Notes: generated from the letters alone by a model not told the origin. 64,000 nucleotides of DNA from Desulfatiglandales bacterium (GCA_963667015.2 CAXXJJ010000004.1:2560001-2624000); one strand, 5' to 3'. Shown: positions 1 through 10,620, counted from the stretch's first letter. A program made the numbers and translations.

Positions 1-434
1 ATTACCTTCTGCTGTTGGCCGCCGCTCAACTGATTAAAATCAGTCAGGGCATATTCATTAAGACCCATAAGATTTAAAATTGATATCACCTTTTCTCTGT
101 CATGTTCACTGCTGTTCCAGCCGATATGAGGACATCTCCCCATGAGAACCATTTCAAACACTGTAATCGAGAATATGTTATTTATTCTCTGGGGAACATA
201 GCCTATATGCCTTGCAACACTCCGCATGCTCATCCTGCCAATATCATTTTTCCCAAGCCATATCTCTCCCCTTGGTTTAAGAAGCCGGTTTATACACTTC
301 AGGAATGTTGATTTTCCAACGCCGTTTGGCCCGCATATCGCTGTGATTTCTCCGGCACACAGTTCCATATTTATGTCCTTCAGTACCGGCCTGCTTGCAT
401 AATCAAATTCAAGATTATTTATCTTCAATCTCAT
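1..434 (-). CDS. ABC transporter ATP-binding protein (FecE/BtuD type), runs off window edge
   Basis: Read manually: ATG at 434, MRLKINNLEFDY...GPNGVGKSTFLK (Walker A), GYVPQ Q-loop, LSGGQQQKV signature; overlaps permease stop. Confidence 0.9.
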   Translation of the reverse strand, partial: MRLKINNLEFDYASRPVLKDINMELCAGEITAICGPNGVGKSTFLKCINRLLKPRGEIWLGKNDIGRMSMRSVARHIGYVPQRINNIFSITVFEMVLMGRCPHIGWNSSEHDREKVISILNLMGLNEYALTDFNQLSGGQQQKV

Positions 435-1495
435 TACCAGTATTCCTTTTTCCGTTTGATGGTAAGATACAAAAACAGGGGTCCGCCCACACATGAAGTA
501 ATAATGCCTACAGGGATGATAACAGGTGCAATAATAATCCGTGCAAGAGTGTCAGCCATTATCAGAAAAGCTGCACCGAAAAGGCCCGAAGCAGGTATAA
601 GATATCTGTTGTCCCCGCCTATGATAATCCGGCAGATATGAGGAGATACCAGCCCGATAAAACCGATCATTCCTGTAAAGCAGATGATGGTTGAAGTAAT
701 AAGAGAAGAGAGGATCATGATAAATATTCTGTTTCTCTCAACATTTATGCCAAGGGATCTTGCAGTATCGTCGCCTATACCCATCACATTCATATCCCAT
801 GATTTCCAGATAAGTACCGGCATGCATACCATGAGCACAATGAAAGCTGCTGTAATCTCGCTCCATTTTGCCCTTCCAAGGTCTCCCATAAGCCATAAGA
901 CCATCCCCTTGAGTGCATCAGCTGCTGCAAAATACTGGAGCAGAGAGGTGACCGCGCCGAAAATATAGAGCATACCTATGCCTGCAAGGATCATCATTTC
1001 AGGTGTAGATTTTTTAAATTTTGAAATCAGATATATGACCATTGCCGGAATCATAGAAAAAACAAACGCATTACCTATAAGAAGGTAATTGCCACCTGTG
1101 ATTCCGACTCCTGCAAGTATCGCCAGCGCAGCCCCGAGGCCTGCGGCCGAACTTATTCCTATGGTAGTTGGGCTTGCAAGCGGATTTTTCAGGATCGCCT
1201 GCATTGAAGCGCCTGCTGCACCTAATGCCATACCGGCAATAAGCCCCATCACGATGCGGGGAAGCCTCAACGTCCAGATGATTATATCCTCTGTGCCTCC
1301 TGAGGAGGTACCGGAAGCGACCTTTGAAACGATTATTGTGAAGACCTTCAGGGCAGAGAGGGAAAAGGAACCGATTGACAGAGAAATCAATGAAATTACA
1401 ATAATGAGAATGATACATACCAGAATAAAGGCAGTCTTTAGCCTGATGAATTTCTGATAATTCTCATTTAATTTTTTATTTTCAGTCTTTATCAT
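434..1495 (-). CDS. FecCD/BtuC-family ABC permease
   Basis: LRLPR, Q..KNPLA, A.SLG, GMIGFIGLVSPH, IPVG..TS..GGP motifs; likely start MIKTE at 1495 (ORF track starts at 1546). Confidence 0.92.
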   Translation of the reverse strand: MIKTENKKLNENYQKFIRLKTAFILVCIILIIVISLISLSIGSFSLSALKVFTIIVSKVASGTSSGGTEDIIIWTLRLPRIVMGLIAGMALGAAGASMQAILKNPLASPTTIGISSAAGLGAALAILAGVGITGGNYLLIGNAFVFSMIPAMVIYLISKFKKSTPEMMILAGIGMLYIFGAVTSLLQYFAAADALKGMVLWLMGDLGRAKWSEITAAFIVLMVCMPVLIWKSWDMNVMGIGDDTARSLGINVERNRIFIMILSSLITSTIICFTGMIGFIGLVSPHICRIIIGGDNRYLIPASGLFGAAFLIMADTLARIIIAPVIIPVGIITSCVGGPLFLYLTIKRKKEYW

Positions 1496-2711
1496 CACCA
1501 GACCTTTGAATATGCCTGTCAGGAATTCCCATGAGATTGTTGCCATCTGTTATGGGAGGGTACAGAAACATGCCATGCAGGTTCAGATCATATTTTAATC
1601 CCTGCATATCCAGATATTGCTGATGAATAGCTTCGGGATTAATATCAGTAAACAACTCCGGATGAAAAATCTTTGCCATGTAGGCTGCGGCAACTATACC
1701 GCCGCTCGCATCATTTCGAAAATGCCCGTCAAACACATATACATGTTTATTCTTTACTGCTTTTAGTCCGGCAAGTTCGGGACGTGAGAGTATATGTCCC
1801 AATGCCTTAGCAATAGATGACGGATCATCCGTCTCATAGCCGCAGATGTCGACAATATCCACAGCATGCATTATTATGATTTCAGGATCTTCTTTCATGA
1901 TCCATTCGAGATCCACTTTTACTCCGACGCCCCCCTGGCTGTATTCTGGAAGAGACTCTGAAATTTGTCTTCCACCTGCAAGATTCAGGGCCTGGGAAAG
2001 GGTGTCTTTTTTCATGTATGCGCTGAAGCTGATTGTATCGAGGTCAGTATGCGGATATGATGTTATCAAAACGGAAGGTTTTTCATTCTCAGGTATTTGA
2101 GCAATCCTTGTTTTTATCATATCGACAATATTAAGGTACCATCCGATAAAATTTTCAGACCTTTCATCTGCATCAAGAATCTTTCCAAGGCTCCTCACAC
2201 CTCTTATAAAAGCGGATGCATGAGGATTACTGAGATCAGGATAATAAAGCCCTAAAAAAAGGACATTTACACCCGGCAGTTTATCCCTCTTTTCAGAGGT
2301 GTCTGCACCAAATGTGAGAACCAGATCGGGCGTTAATCCAAGTACTGCTTCATAATCGAATTTCCAGAACAAACCTACTGTCGGTTTTTTTCTTATCTCA
2401 GGGAACTGCATCGTGCATTCTTTAAAAATATAATCATAGCCAGCAATACCAACTATCCTGTCTTCCCTGCCCAGTATTCTTACAAGTTCAGCATTATCAA
2501 TATATTCCACGATAATGCGATTAACAGGCTTTTTAATCTCACGGAGTTCTCCGTTGCCATCTATTACCTGAATAGTGTCAGGATTTGCGTCCCCTGATTT
2601 TCTTCCCCGCCCGGCTGTTCCGGGGAAATTATCCTCCCCGGAACATGAAAGGAGGCCAGCCAATATAATAAATAAAACTCCTGTCTTTATTATGCCATTA
2701 AAGTAAGCCAA
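1482..2711 (-). CDS. Iron-chelate/cobalamin-type ABC substrate-binding lipoprotein
   Basis: Lipobox LLSC; D.NG...I.KPV.RII, E.VL.L.PDLV, AVKN..VY, AK.FHPELF motifs. Confidence 0.88.
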   Translation of the reverse strand: MAYFNGIIKTGVLFIILAGLLSCSGEDNFPGTAGRGRKSGDANPDTIQVIDGNGELREIKKPVNRIIVEYIDNAELVRILGREDRIVGIAGYDYIFKECTMQFPEIRKKPTVGLFWKFDYEAVLGLTPDLVLTFGADTSEKRDKLPGVNVLFLGLYYPDLSNPHASAFIRGVRSLGKILDADERSENFIGWYLNIVDMIKTRIAQIPENEKPSVLITSYPHTDLDTISFSAYMKKDTLSQALNLAGGRQISESLPEYSQGGVGVKVDLEWIMKEDPEIIIMHAVDIVDICGYETDDPSSIAKALGHILSRPELAGLKAVKNKHVYVFDGHFRNDASGGIVAAAYMAKIFHPELFTDINPEAIHQQYLDMQGLKYDLNLHGMFLYPPITDGNNLMGIPDRHIQRSGDDKD

Positions 2712-2725
2712 TATGCCTGTTTCCT

Positions 2726-4708
2726 TTAGAATGTATATTTATATCCAACGACCAGATTCCGTGGTAATCCGTCATAATTATAGAGATAGGACAACCCATC
2801 GGCGTTTGTTGCCCTGTACCAGCGTGATTCATACTCTTCATCAAACAGGTTTTCCACCTTTGCAAATATCCTGTGCTCGTTCTCCTTTCCAAAGGTCTTG
2901 AAGAATGAGATATCGATCAGGTAATAATTACCATATTTGACATCTTCAAAGGTTCCCAGCCCGCGTTCATAAATATCTCCTGTGTACCTGGTCATAATGT
3001 CAAAGCCGTAGCTTTTATTTTCAGGCCTGTAGGCGATATTGAATTTTGCATAGAACTCAGGGTTTAGTTCAAGTTGTTCGCCCGTATCTTTATCCTTTGC
3101 ATCAACCCAGGTGGCGTTAGTATTAAAAGACCACCCTCCAAAAGGACCAATATTCATAGAAATTTCAAAACCGTCGATTTTGGTCTTACCAGCAGTATTC
3201 TCGTATGTTGAGCTGCCATCCGAAAGGGTGACTGTACTGATCATATCTCCTATTTCCCTAAAAAAATAGCCGGCATCAAAGTTGAAGTATTTCCAGTTTC
3301 CTCCAATACCTATCTCACCATTTAAGCTTTCTTCAGGACTAAGGTCAGGGTTCCCAAATCTGTTGCTGAGTGGATTATTTCCATACAACTGCTGCACATT
3401 AGGAAGGGTAAAGGAAGTATTCAAAACACCACGGAAAAAATAATTATTCAATACAGGAGTCTTAAGACTTGCATCCCAGATCAGGATATCTGTGCCTGCG
3501 GTTTTTTCGTACCTGGCCCCAAAAGATGTCCTGCTCTCCGGTAAAAAAGGAATGTAGGGCCTGTAGTTTGCAAAAATACCGACCACGTTTTCAGCCTCAC
3601 CGCGGAAAAATGCCATAGGAAACTCATCTTTACCCCAGTAGTTTTGGAAATCTACACCTACCAGCACCTCATTACCATGACCCCAGTGTGTACTTGTCAT
3701 GATATTGATACCATATTCGTCATATCCCCATGGGGCCGCGTCAGACAAGTATGCACCATCCAGTTTCATAAAGGTTGCTTCAGACCACCATGTATGAAGA
3801 TGTGATTTTATATAATATGAAAATCTGTCAGAGACATCATGGTCCCACTTTAATATGGCGATATATTCCTCCCAGTCACTGAATACAACTTTATATGTGG
3901 GGTAGCCATAATCAAATGAACCGGCCTGCCTCATTACCTGTAACCTCAGATCTGCTTTACCTCTCAGATTTAAATCTTTTCTATATTTTAAACCGATTGT
4001 CTCCCGGTCATAGCTTGTAGGAGACCTATTATTATCATTAAGGGCGTTTATATAAGACTGATTATCACATGGAATATATCCATCCCAACCTTCAGTACTT
4101 CCAAAGACCATAAATCCATTGCCGTCTGATGTTCCTGTGATATGTCCGAAGGTCTCCATATAACCATTGCTTCCATAGGATGCACCGGCCTCGCCACTCT
4201 TCTTATCAGTTACTCCCTTGGTAATTATATTAACAACACCTGCAGTAGCTTCTGTTCCGTAATAAAGGCTCTCACCTGCTTTCAATACTTCGACCCTTTC
4301 AATATGATGAATACTTATCGTATTTAGATAACCCCCACCATAGAGCCTGTTATTCATCCTCACTCCGTCAAGTAACCAAAGGATCTCGTCGCTTCCGTGA
4401 AGGCTTGGTGAACTGTAGCTTCCTCTCCCTGCACGTGCCACTGAAAAATAGCCAGGAATAAGCGCCTCAAGGGCGGTCTGGAGTTCCACAAAACCTGTAT
4501 TTTTAAGCTCTTCGCTGGATATGATTACAACAGGATGGCCAAACTCCATCATTTCAACAGAAAGCCTGTCTTCAATGGGAACTGCGTGAACAACAATCTC
4601 TTCAAGCTCAACCTCATCTCGCTCATCACATAACAGTGATGCAGAGGGAAACAAAAAACATATAAAGATCGAGAGTAAAAGGTTTTTACATAAAAACTTA
4701 CCTACCAT
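2726..4708 (-). CDS. TonB-dependent receptor
   Basis: Signal peptide, EEIVV TonB box, plug IERVEVLK..S.YYG..A..GVVNIITK, GNPDL.PE, NLFD.EY, C-terminal YTF. Confidence 0.93.
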   Translation of the reverse strand: MVGKFLCKNLLLSIFICFLFPSASLLCDERDEVELEEIVVHAVPIEDRLSVEMMEFGHPVVIISSEELKNTGFVELQTALEALIPGYFSVARAGRGSYSSPSLHGSDEILWLLDGVRMNNRLYGGGYLNTISIHHIERVEVLKAGESLYYGTEATAGVVNIITKGVTDKKSGEAGASYGSNGYMETFGHITGTSDGNGFMVFGSTEGWDGYIPCDNQSYINALNDNNRSPTSYDRETIGLKYRKDLNLRGKADLRLQVMRQAGSFDYGYPTYKVVFSDWEEYIAILKWDHDVSDRFSYYIKSHLHTWWSEATFMKLDGAYLSDAAPWGYDEYGINIMTSTHWGHGNEVLVGVDFQNYWGKDEFPMAFFRGEAENVVGIFANYRPYIPFLPESRTSFGARYEKTAGTDILIWDASLKTPVLNNYFFRGVLNTSFTLPNVQQLYGNNPLSNRFGNPDLSPEESLNGEIGIGGNWKYFNFDAGYFFREIGDMISTVTLSDGSSTYENTAGKTKIDGFEISMNIGPFGGWSFNTNATWVDAKDKDTGEQLELNPEFYAKFNIAYRPENKSYGFDIMTRYTGDIYERGLGTFEDVKYGNYYLIDISFFKTFGKENEHRIFAKVENLFDEEYESRWYRATNADGLSYLYNYDGLPRNLVVGYKYTF

Positions 4709-4752
4709 ATTCTTTCCTCCATCATTTCTCGTGATTTCCTTTTTAATTGATA

Positions 4753-4772
4753 TGATAAGGAAATCATTATCA
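4753..4772. promoter_or_regulatory. Fur-like inverted repeat upstream of first TonB receptor
   Basis: TGATAAGGA-AA-TCATTATCA, 8/9 palindromic; right half matches the Fur consensus but spacing is one nt short. Confidence 0.4.
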
Positions 4773-4941
4773 GATTAGTAATATCCCGGGAAATTTGAGG
4801 GAGGTTGGCCGCAGGTTCTGTCTGATTGACAAGTTACTTTTTTGACGTTAATGTACCCGGCTATGAGACCCTCACCCCGAGGGGCTTATATACCGGGCAG
4901 CCGGTAATTCTTTCCAGGGAACCCGGCTGCCCTTTTTCCAT

Positions 4942-4993
4942 AAAAAAAGCCACGAAAAATCTAATCCCATTATGGAATATGAACCTTCGTGGC
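4942..4993 (-). terminator. Intrinsic terminator in 5' leader (attenuator), copy 1
   Basis: Minus strand GCCACGAAGG...TTTTCGTGGC followed by U7. Confidence 0.75.
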
Positions 4994-5129
4994 TTTTATA
5001 ATTCAGTTTATATTCAGTTAACCACACTTATGGTGGTGTGCTGCATTATGATCCGGTCTTTCTCTAAAAACCTTATGCAGCTTCTGCTGCAATGTTCTTG
5101 GTATTAGTATGACCATAAAATTAAGTCAA
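4942..5129 (-). promoter_or_regulatory. sigma70 promoter plus structured leader (candidate cis-regulatory RNA), copy 1
   Basis: TTGACT(5129-5124)-17-TAATAC(5106-5101); hairpin UGCAGC-AGAA-GCUGCA 5076-5091; middle hairpin 5021-5037; terminator. Confidence 0.6.
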
Positions 5130-5163
5130 GATTTTTTTCTAAATGATCTCCCTCTAAATCAGA

Positions 5164-5766
5164 TCATGAAAGGCACCCTTTACATATCATCTTTCCTCCT
5201 GCATTCTCCAGCTTCGTTTTCATAACAGGCTCTCCGCATATCCCACAGGGGACAGAGGGTTCTATTCTGGCCTTTTGAGGCAGCTGCGTGGTTGTCTCTT
5301 CAATAGTAAAGAGTTCCGTTGCAGGTGTCTCTAGGATAATTTTACTTCGCATCAGATGCATTTCCTGAAACCTCTTTTGCTCTTCATCGGTCAGGTCACC
5401 GGAAATCATTTTTTTTATAAGGGCCATATGCTCCTCATCCGGACGACCCACATTTCCTTTCATTGACACCCTTACACCCTTTCCGGTATTTCGGCTGAGT
5501 AAAGTCAAAACCTGTTTACCATAGTCCCTGAAGATAAAATTACCCTTTCCAAATGTGCAGCCTGTCAGGACCTGAACCGCATCAGCAGAACAGGCATCCG
5601 TTTCTACAATAGCAACTATCTCTTCATCTACAGACCGGTTTTCCTTTAACCACTCCATGGCAGCCTCTGCGGCTTTATACCCTGTGGAAAGACCGGGGCA
5701 GATATGGCCGTGAAAGTCTGCACATTTTTTAAATTTTTCACCTTCTATTATTTGTTCAGCGCTCAT
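5164..5766 (-). CDS. FmdE-family protein with C-terminal zinc finger
   Basis: FHGHICPG..GY, E.DAC..DAVQ.LTGCT.GKGN, C..CGE...C..C. Confidence 0.92.
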   Translation of the reverse strand: MSAEQIIEGEKFKKCADFHGHICPGLSTGYKAAEAAMEWLKENRSVDEEIVAIVETDACSADAVQVLTGCTFGKGNFIFRDYGKQVLTLLSRNTGKGVRVSMKGNVGRPDEEHMALIKKMISGDLTDEEQKRFQEMHLMRSKIILETPATELFTIEETTTQLPQKARIEPSVPCGICGEPVMKTKLENAGGKMICKGCLS

Positions 5767-5781
5767 AATTATTCTCCTCTA

Positions 5782-6387
5782 TCACTCATATTTTTTTTGT
5801 AGCGGATCTTTTCCATTGGTAAACATAGACCCGAATGGTTCAAATACCCCGATATCAGATACTGTACAGAAATGCATGCCCTTTTTGCTGCCGCTCATCA
5901 TCAAAGGACGTGCTTTATTAATATCAAGATCACCTTCCGGTGTGAGGGCTTCATCTGCAACTTCCAGGCGAAGCACCTTGCCCATTATAAGAATATAATC
6001 TGTTTCCACGTATTCTTTAAAAAGTTTACATTCCATCCATGCATAACTCCCGGCAATACCAGGCGCACGGATCAGCTCGGATGGTTTCTCTTCCAGACCT
6101 GCCAGAATAAACTCATCGGTTTCCGGCGGTGAAAACTTTGCAGTATCAATTACCTTGCCTGTAAATTCTGCCCCGACCATATTTACCACAAATTCATCGG
6201 TATCCCTGATATTGACCAGAGTATCTCTTTTTTGTGCAGAGGCAAGGCATATCAGGTCCAGCGGTCTCAACACCGGCATGATGCATGAATATGGAGCAAT
6301 ATTACGAATGCCTGCGCTGCTGACAGTAGAGATAAAGGCAACTGGAAGCGGCATAAATCCTTCACGCATAAAAGGTTTAAAAATCAT
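5782..6387 (-). CDS. Flavin reductase-like (FMN split barrel) protein
   Basis: P.PVAFIST...G..N.APYS, DTL.NI..T.EFVVN, DEF..AGL, MECKL. Confidence 0.88.
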   Translation of the reverse strand: MIFKPFMREGFMPLPVAFISTVSSAGIRNIAPYSCIMPVLRPLDLICLASAQKRDTLVNIRDTDEFVVNMVGAEFTGKVIDTAKFSPPETDEFILAGLEEKPSELIRAPGIAGSYAWMECKLFKEYVETDYILIMGKVLRLEVADEALTPEGDLDINKARPLMMSGSKKGMHFCTVSDIGVFEPFGSMFTNGKDPLQKKYE

Positions 6388-6397
6388 ATTATCTCCT

Positions 6398-7504
6398 TTA
6401 CTTATATCCGATTGCGTTCGATATTTTCTCCATGGGGTCTACTCCCGGCCTGGCCCACTCTTCAGGCGTTACATCTTCCGGAAGTTCAAATGATTTAATG
6501 ACCTTTACAAAATCTTCCGGCTTATCAAGATAATCCAGGTACCAGAGCGCATCACGCACCTTATCAATAAGACCATTCCCTGTTGAAGGTAACTTTGTAT
6601 CAGCCCACACAAAGGAGAGGGCTATCCCCTCCCATTGATTACTTTTTTTGTTATGTCTGTATGCAATGGTGCTGACATCTTTGAATTCGGATTTTCGGGC
6701 TGCAATATCTGAATCCGACGGATGATATAAACTGTAGCTTTTTTTACCGGCGGTAACATTAAGCATAACCTGCAATGCATCTTCCTTGCACCATGGTGTA
6801 ACAGATTGAATAAAGTATCCCTTGTCATCCGGTGGAAAGTTCTTCTTTAGGTAGTTTGCCATAAGAATGCCGGAGTTCACACCCGGGCAGTAGTGATCGT
6901 GAAACTCAAATGATCTGACAACATATGAGGGAGCACCTTCTGATATTGCGTTGGCAATTGTGAGAATTCTAAACTCGTTACCGCCGAATATCTTCTTATC
7001 AAATTTATCATTATATTCCTTTGCATGATCGTAAAGGTAATCTGCATCTATCCTTTCCACTGATATGTTGATGAAAAAATCTTCAGCGGCAGTATCATGC
7101 ACTTTATTATTTATCTCAAGATATGTACAATAACCTGATCCCTTATCAAAAACAGCAAACCAGAGTGGAGTCCACGGATCAGAGTGAATCTCTACAAGAG
7201 TATTTCTCCCCCTGCCGGCCGCGGTGACAGAAACCAGTCCGTCAAGGGCACCCTGTGTAGCATCTCCTCCCGGCTCTGAATAACCTGCATTGGTTAAAAC
7301 AATAAGGTTTTCTTTTTCCGGTTTTGAAGCTGTCTTGCTAATTAATGCAATGGCTTTTTCTGCGGCCATTTTACCGGTTGCAGCCCATTTATCATATTGA
7401 GGGGAGTTTTCGGCCCCCAAGCATATACCATACATGGCAAAGATAAAAGTCACGATGGTGATAATTAAAATTGTATTTTTCATTGGTGTAAGCATATTCC
7501 GCAT
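6398..7504 (-). CDS. Exported FmdE-family protein (N-terminal extension)
   Basis: Signal-like N-terminus; FHDHYCPGV.SG and PWCKEDALQ FmdE motifs. Confidence 0.8.
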   Translation of the reverse strand: MRNMLTPMKNTILIITIVTFIFAMYGICLGAENSPQYDKWAATGKMAAEKAIALISKTASKPEKENLIVLTNAGYSEPGGDATQGALDGLVSVTAAGRGRNTLVEIHSDPWTPLWFAVFDKGSGYCTYLEINNKVHDTAAEDFFINISVERIDADYLYDHAKEYNDKFDKKIFGGNEFRILTIANAISEGAPSYVVRSFEFHDHYCPGVNSGILMANYLKKNFPPDDKGYFIQSVTPWCKEDALQVMLNVTAGKKSYSLYHPSDSDIAARKSEFKDVSTIAYRHNKKSNQWEGIALSFVWADTKLPSTGNGLIDKVRDALWYLDYLDKPEDFVKVIKSFELPEDVTPEEWARPGVDPMEKISNAIGYK

Positions 7505-7540
7505 TTTATATTCAACCTCCTGTGTGAGAACTTTAAAATC

Positions 7541-7640
7541 TCCCTCCCCTGGTGGGTGGGATCAAGGGAGGGGGAACAGCAATAACAAATGGAGCTTCTA
7601 TTTTGCCACCCTCTCCCAGCCTCTCCCGTCAAGGTAGAGG
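7541..7640. repeat. REP-like GC-rich palindromic element
   Basis: CCCTCCCCT...AGGGAGGGG and CCCTCTCCCAGCCTCTCCCG..AGAGG; related string at 60141-60173. Confidence 0.5.
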
Positions 7641-7727
7641 AGTTGTATGAACTTTAACTCAACAACATTGGATTTTATACCATGCCAGTTTTAGTTTCCA
7701 GCACCCTGCTAAAGTTATATCAAATTA

Positions 7728-8822
7728 TTAAAACTGAACCTTCTGCCCCATAGCTCCATAGTCCTTTTTCATATCCTTATACACTGGCGCCCCGAGCAAA
7801 AAGCTGTATATCTCATCTGCCTTTGCCTCAGGATCAATATCCTTAAACTGTAAAGGATAGATTATCGTGCCTATTCCATAGGCATCGGCAAGGGCTGTAC
7901 CGATATTGGTTGCATACCAGTTGAAAGGCAGCAGGGTATAAACCCTTTGCCCTGAAAAGGCCTGAAGGGCATGATAGTAATCCGGCTTTTTCTGAAAATC
8001 ATCCTTTACAAGGGCTATGCCTCCGCCATCGATAAAAATAATTTCGGGATTGAACTTTAAAAGCATTTCCTTATTCATAAAAACATGGCTGCCTGTACTG
8101 GCCTTGACACGCTCTGCAACATTATCCGCATTGATCCATTTAAAAGGGATATAGCTCTGCTCCGAGCTTTCTATGCCGTAAGTACCCCTGTATCCTATGC
8201 CTCCGACATAAACAGCAGGCCTTTCATCAGCCGGTATATGCATGGTCCTTTCATGCATATCTTTTCGCAGTGATTCGATATAAGACACAAGATCCTGAGC
8301 ACGTTTTTCTTTGTCAAGAATCCTGCCCGCAACAAGCAGAGATTTGTATATGGCCTCATCAAAGGTCGCATACTCCCCATAATTCAGAATAATCACCGGA
8401 ATACCGAGCGTCTTCTGAATATTTTCAGCCATGGTGTCTTCCATATATGTAGTAAAAATAACCTCAGGCCTCAATGAAAGTACTTTTTCCAGGTCCGGCT
8501 TTTTACCTATACCTGCCGGTCCGCCTGGGCCGCACCCCGGAAGTTTTTGAAGCTCCGGATGTGCAATCCAGTATGGTCTTCCGCCGGGGTTCATCTTTTC
8601 CATATCTTCCACACCAACTACCTTTGATTCTGCCTGAAGATAGATGATAAGGCGAAGGGTTCCCGGCCCGAGACAGAGGATTCTATCGGGGTTGAATGGA
8701 GCATTTACCTGTCTGCCGGCCATATCTGTCACATCTATTGTCTTTGCCCCGCTGGAAGACAGCGGGATGAATAAAAGAAAAAAACATATATATATAATGA
8801 TCTTCTTCATGAGTTTCTCCAT
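7728..8822 (-). CDS. Iron-chelate/cobalamin-type ABC substrate-binding protein
   Basis: Signal peptide, VTDMAGR.V, E.VL.L.P.VI, IPV, KEML..NP.IIFIDG. Confidence 0.9.
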   Translation of the reverse strand: MEKLMKKIIIYICFFLLFIPLSSSGAKTIDVTDMAGRQVNAPFNPDRILCLGPGTLRLIIYLQAESKVVGVEDMEKMNPGGRPYWIAHPELQKLPGCGPGGPAGIGKKPDLEKVLSLRPEVIFTTYMEDTMAENIQKTLGIPVIILNYGEYATFDEAIYKSLLVAGRILDKEKRAQDLVSYIESLRKDMHERTMHIPADERPAVYVGGIGYRGTYGIESSEQSYIPFKWINADNVAERVKASTGSHVFMNKEMLLKFNPEIIFIDGGGIALVKDDFQKKPDYYHALQAFSGQRVYTLLPFNWYATNIGTALADAYGIGTIIYPLQFKDIDPEAKADEIYSFLLGAPVYKDMKKDYGAMGQKVQF

Positions 8823-8833
8823 ACGTTTTATTC

Positions 8834-9586
8834 CTAAAGGGGAACTACAAGGGTATGCCCGTTTATCACGCTCAATTCAACATCTACACCATAAACCTGG
8901 TTAATTATCTCCGAACACAATTCCTTTCTGCTGCATATTCCATGAATCTGACCATCCTTTAAAAAGATAAAACTGTCTGCAAAACGTAAAGCAATATTCA
9001 GGTCATGAATGGCTATTACTGCGGACAGCCCCTTTGTTTTAACTATACTCTGAACCAGCCTCATTACTTCAAGCTGGTTTTTAAGGTCAAGATTGCTTGT
9101 TGGTTCATCAAGGAGCAGGACCTCAGGTGACTGCGCGAGGGCGCGGGCGATTATTACCTTCTGGACTTCGCCTCCGCTCAAATCGCAGACCCGGCGCATG
9201 GCCAGATGGGCTATTCCTATCTGCTCAATCGTATCCTCAACAAGTGCATAATCCTCCGGCCCGAGAGACCATTGAATATGAGGTTTCCGTCCCATAAGTA
9301 CAGCTTCAAATACAGTCAATTGTGTTTCAGGATGACGCTGCGGCACATATCCTATAAGACGGGCAATCCTGTTCCGGCTGAAATGGAGTAAATCCTCACC
9401 ATCCGCCAGAACCGATCCAGTTTGAGGCTGAAGTATACTGTTAAGACATTTGAGTAATGTAGACTTACCTGCACCGTTTACTCCCAGGATACATACAACC
9501 TGGCCGGGCTCAATGGAAAAGGTAACATCGGACAATACCGGATGACCGTTATAGGAGAACCTTATATTTGCAACTTCAAGATTCAT
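8834..9586 (-). CDS. ABC transporter ATP-binding protein
   Basis: GVNGAGKST, LSGGE, LLLDEPT, IHDLN. Confidence 0.95.
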   Translation of the reverse strand: MNLEVANIRFSYNGHPVLSDVTFSIEPGQVVCILGVNGAGKSTLLKCLNSILQPQTGSVLADGEDLLHFSRNRIARLIGYVPQRHPETQLTVFEAVLMGRKPHIQWSLGPEDYALVEDTIEQIGIAHLAMRRVCDLSGGEVQKVIIARALAQSPEVLLLDEPTSNLDLKNQLEVMRLVQSIVKTKGLSAVIAIHDLNIALRFADSFIFLKDGQIHGICSRKELCSEIINQVYGVDVELSVINGHTLVVPL

Positions 9587-10620
9587 TTTACCTCCCTTAC
9601 TAAAAGAAAGAGAAACATGGGCGCGCCTAAAAATGATGTTATTACACCAACCGGCAATGACCCTGATCCGATCAGTACACGGCCGAGGGTATCGGCCAGA
9701 AGGAGAAGCAGTGCCCCCAGGACCGCGGAAAAGGGAACCAGGATAGAATGATCTTCGCCCACAATACGTCTTGCCATATGCGGGGCAATCAATCCCAGAA
9801 AACCTATAATCCCGTGAAATGCCGTTGCCAGTGCCGCCACAAGGGTGGCCACAAACATGCCTGACAGCCTGATCTGTTCCACCCTTACGCCCAGCCCCTT
9901 AGCAGTATCATCACCCGAGGCAAGGGCATTTAAATCCCACCGGAAAATTGCAAGGAAAACAGTTATAAGTAAAACACCTCCTGCCAGTATCCATATCTCC
10001 ATCCAGCTTGAACGTGCTACATCCCCGAAACTCCAGAATACAACACGGGCAAGATCCGTCTCGCTTGCCATATATTGAATCAGATAAGTTCCGGAAAGAA
10101 AAAGGGAATGGAGCGCGGTACCTGTTAAAATGATGGCCAGGGGAGAAAGCCTTTTAAACCGGGCAAGTGCCAGTATCACAAGTGTGGCAGCCATACCGCC
10201 TGCAAAGGCAGAAACAGTTATAGAAACCATACCTGCACCAAACACAACAATTGCAACAGCCGCCCCGAATGCAGAACCATGACTGATTCCAAGTGTGATG
10301 GGAGAGCCCAGGGGATTTTTTAAAAGTGACTGTATGGTGAGGCCGGACAGGGAAAGGCCCCAGCCGGATAGAAGTGCAGCAGCAACCCTTGGCAGCCTGA
10401 TATTTGCAATAACAACCCGGGTGGTGTTATCCCCGTATCCAAACAGGTTACCCAGCACCTCTTTAAAGGGAATATAATAAGATCCGGATGCAATTGCAAA
10501 AATCGAAACAACTGCAATTGCAATAATAAATAATCCTAAAAGCAGTACCCTGTGCCTTACCTGTTCCAGGTAGACTGATGTAATGGCACCATGTACTGTT
10601 TTATTTCTTATACTCTCCAC
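9583..10620 (-). CDS. FecCD/BtuC-family ABC permease
   Basis: IRLPR, KNPLG.P, A.GLGV, G.IGFLGL.APH, LPVG..TS..GAP. Confidence 0.93.
   Translation of the reverse strand: MESIRNKTVHGAITSVYLEQVRHRVLLLGLFIIAIAVVSIFAIASGSYYIPFKEVLGNLFGYGDNTTRVVIANIRLPRVAAALLSGWGLSLSGLTIQSLLKNPLGSPITLGISHGSAFGAAVAIVVFGAGMVSITVSAFAGGMAATLVILALARFKRLSPLAIILTGTALHSLFLSGTYLIQYMASETDLARVVFWSFGDVARSSWMEIWILAGGVLLITVFLAIFRWDLNALASGDDTAKGLGVRVEQIRLSGMFVATLVAALATAFHGIIGFLGLIAPHMARRIVGEDHSILVPFSAVLGALLLLLADTLGRVLIGSGSLPVGVITSFLGAPMFLFLLVREVK

Noticed and set aside
4700..5160. Cobalamin riboswitch or NikR box upstream of the receptors
   Set aside because: No B12-box or conserved core, and no convincing NikR-type inverted repeat seen
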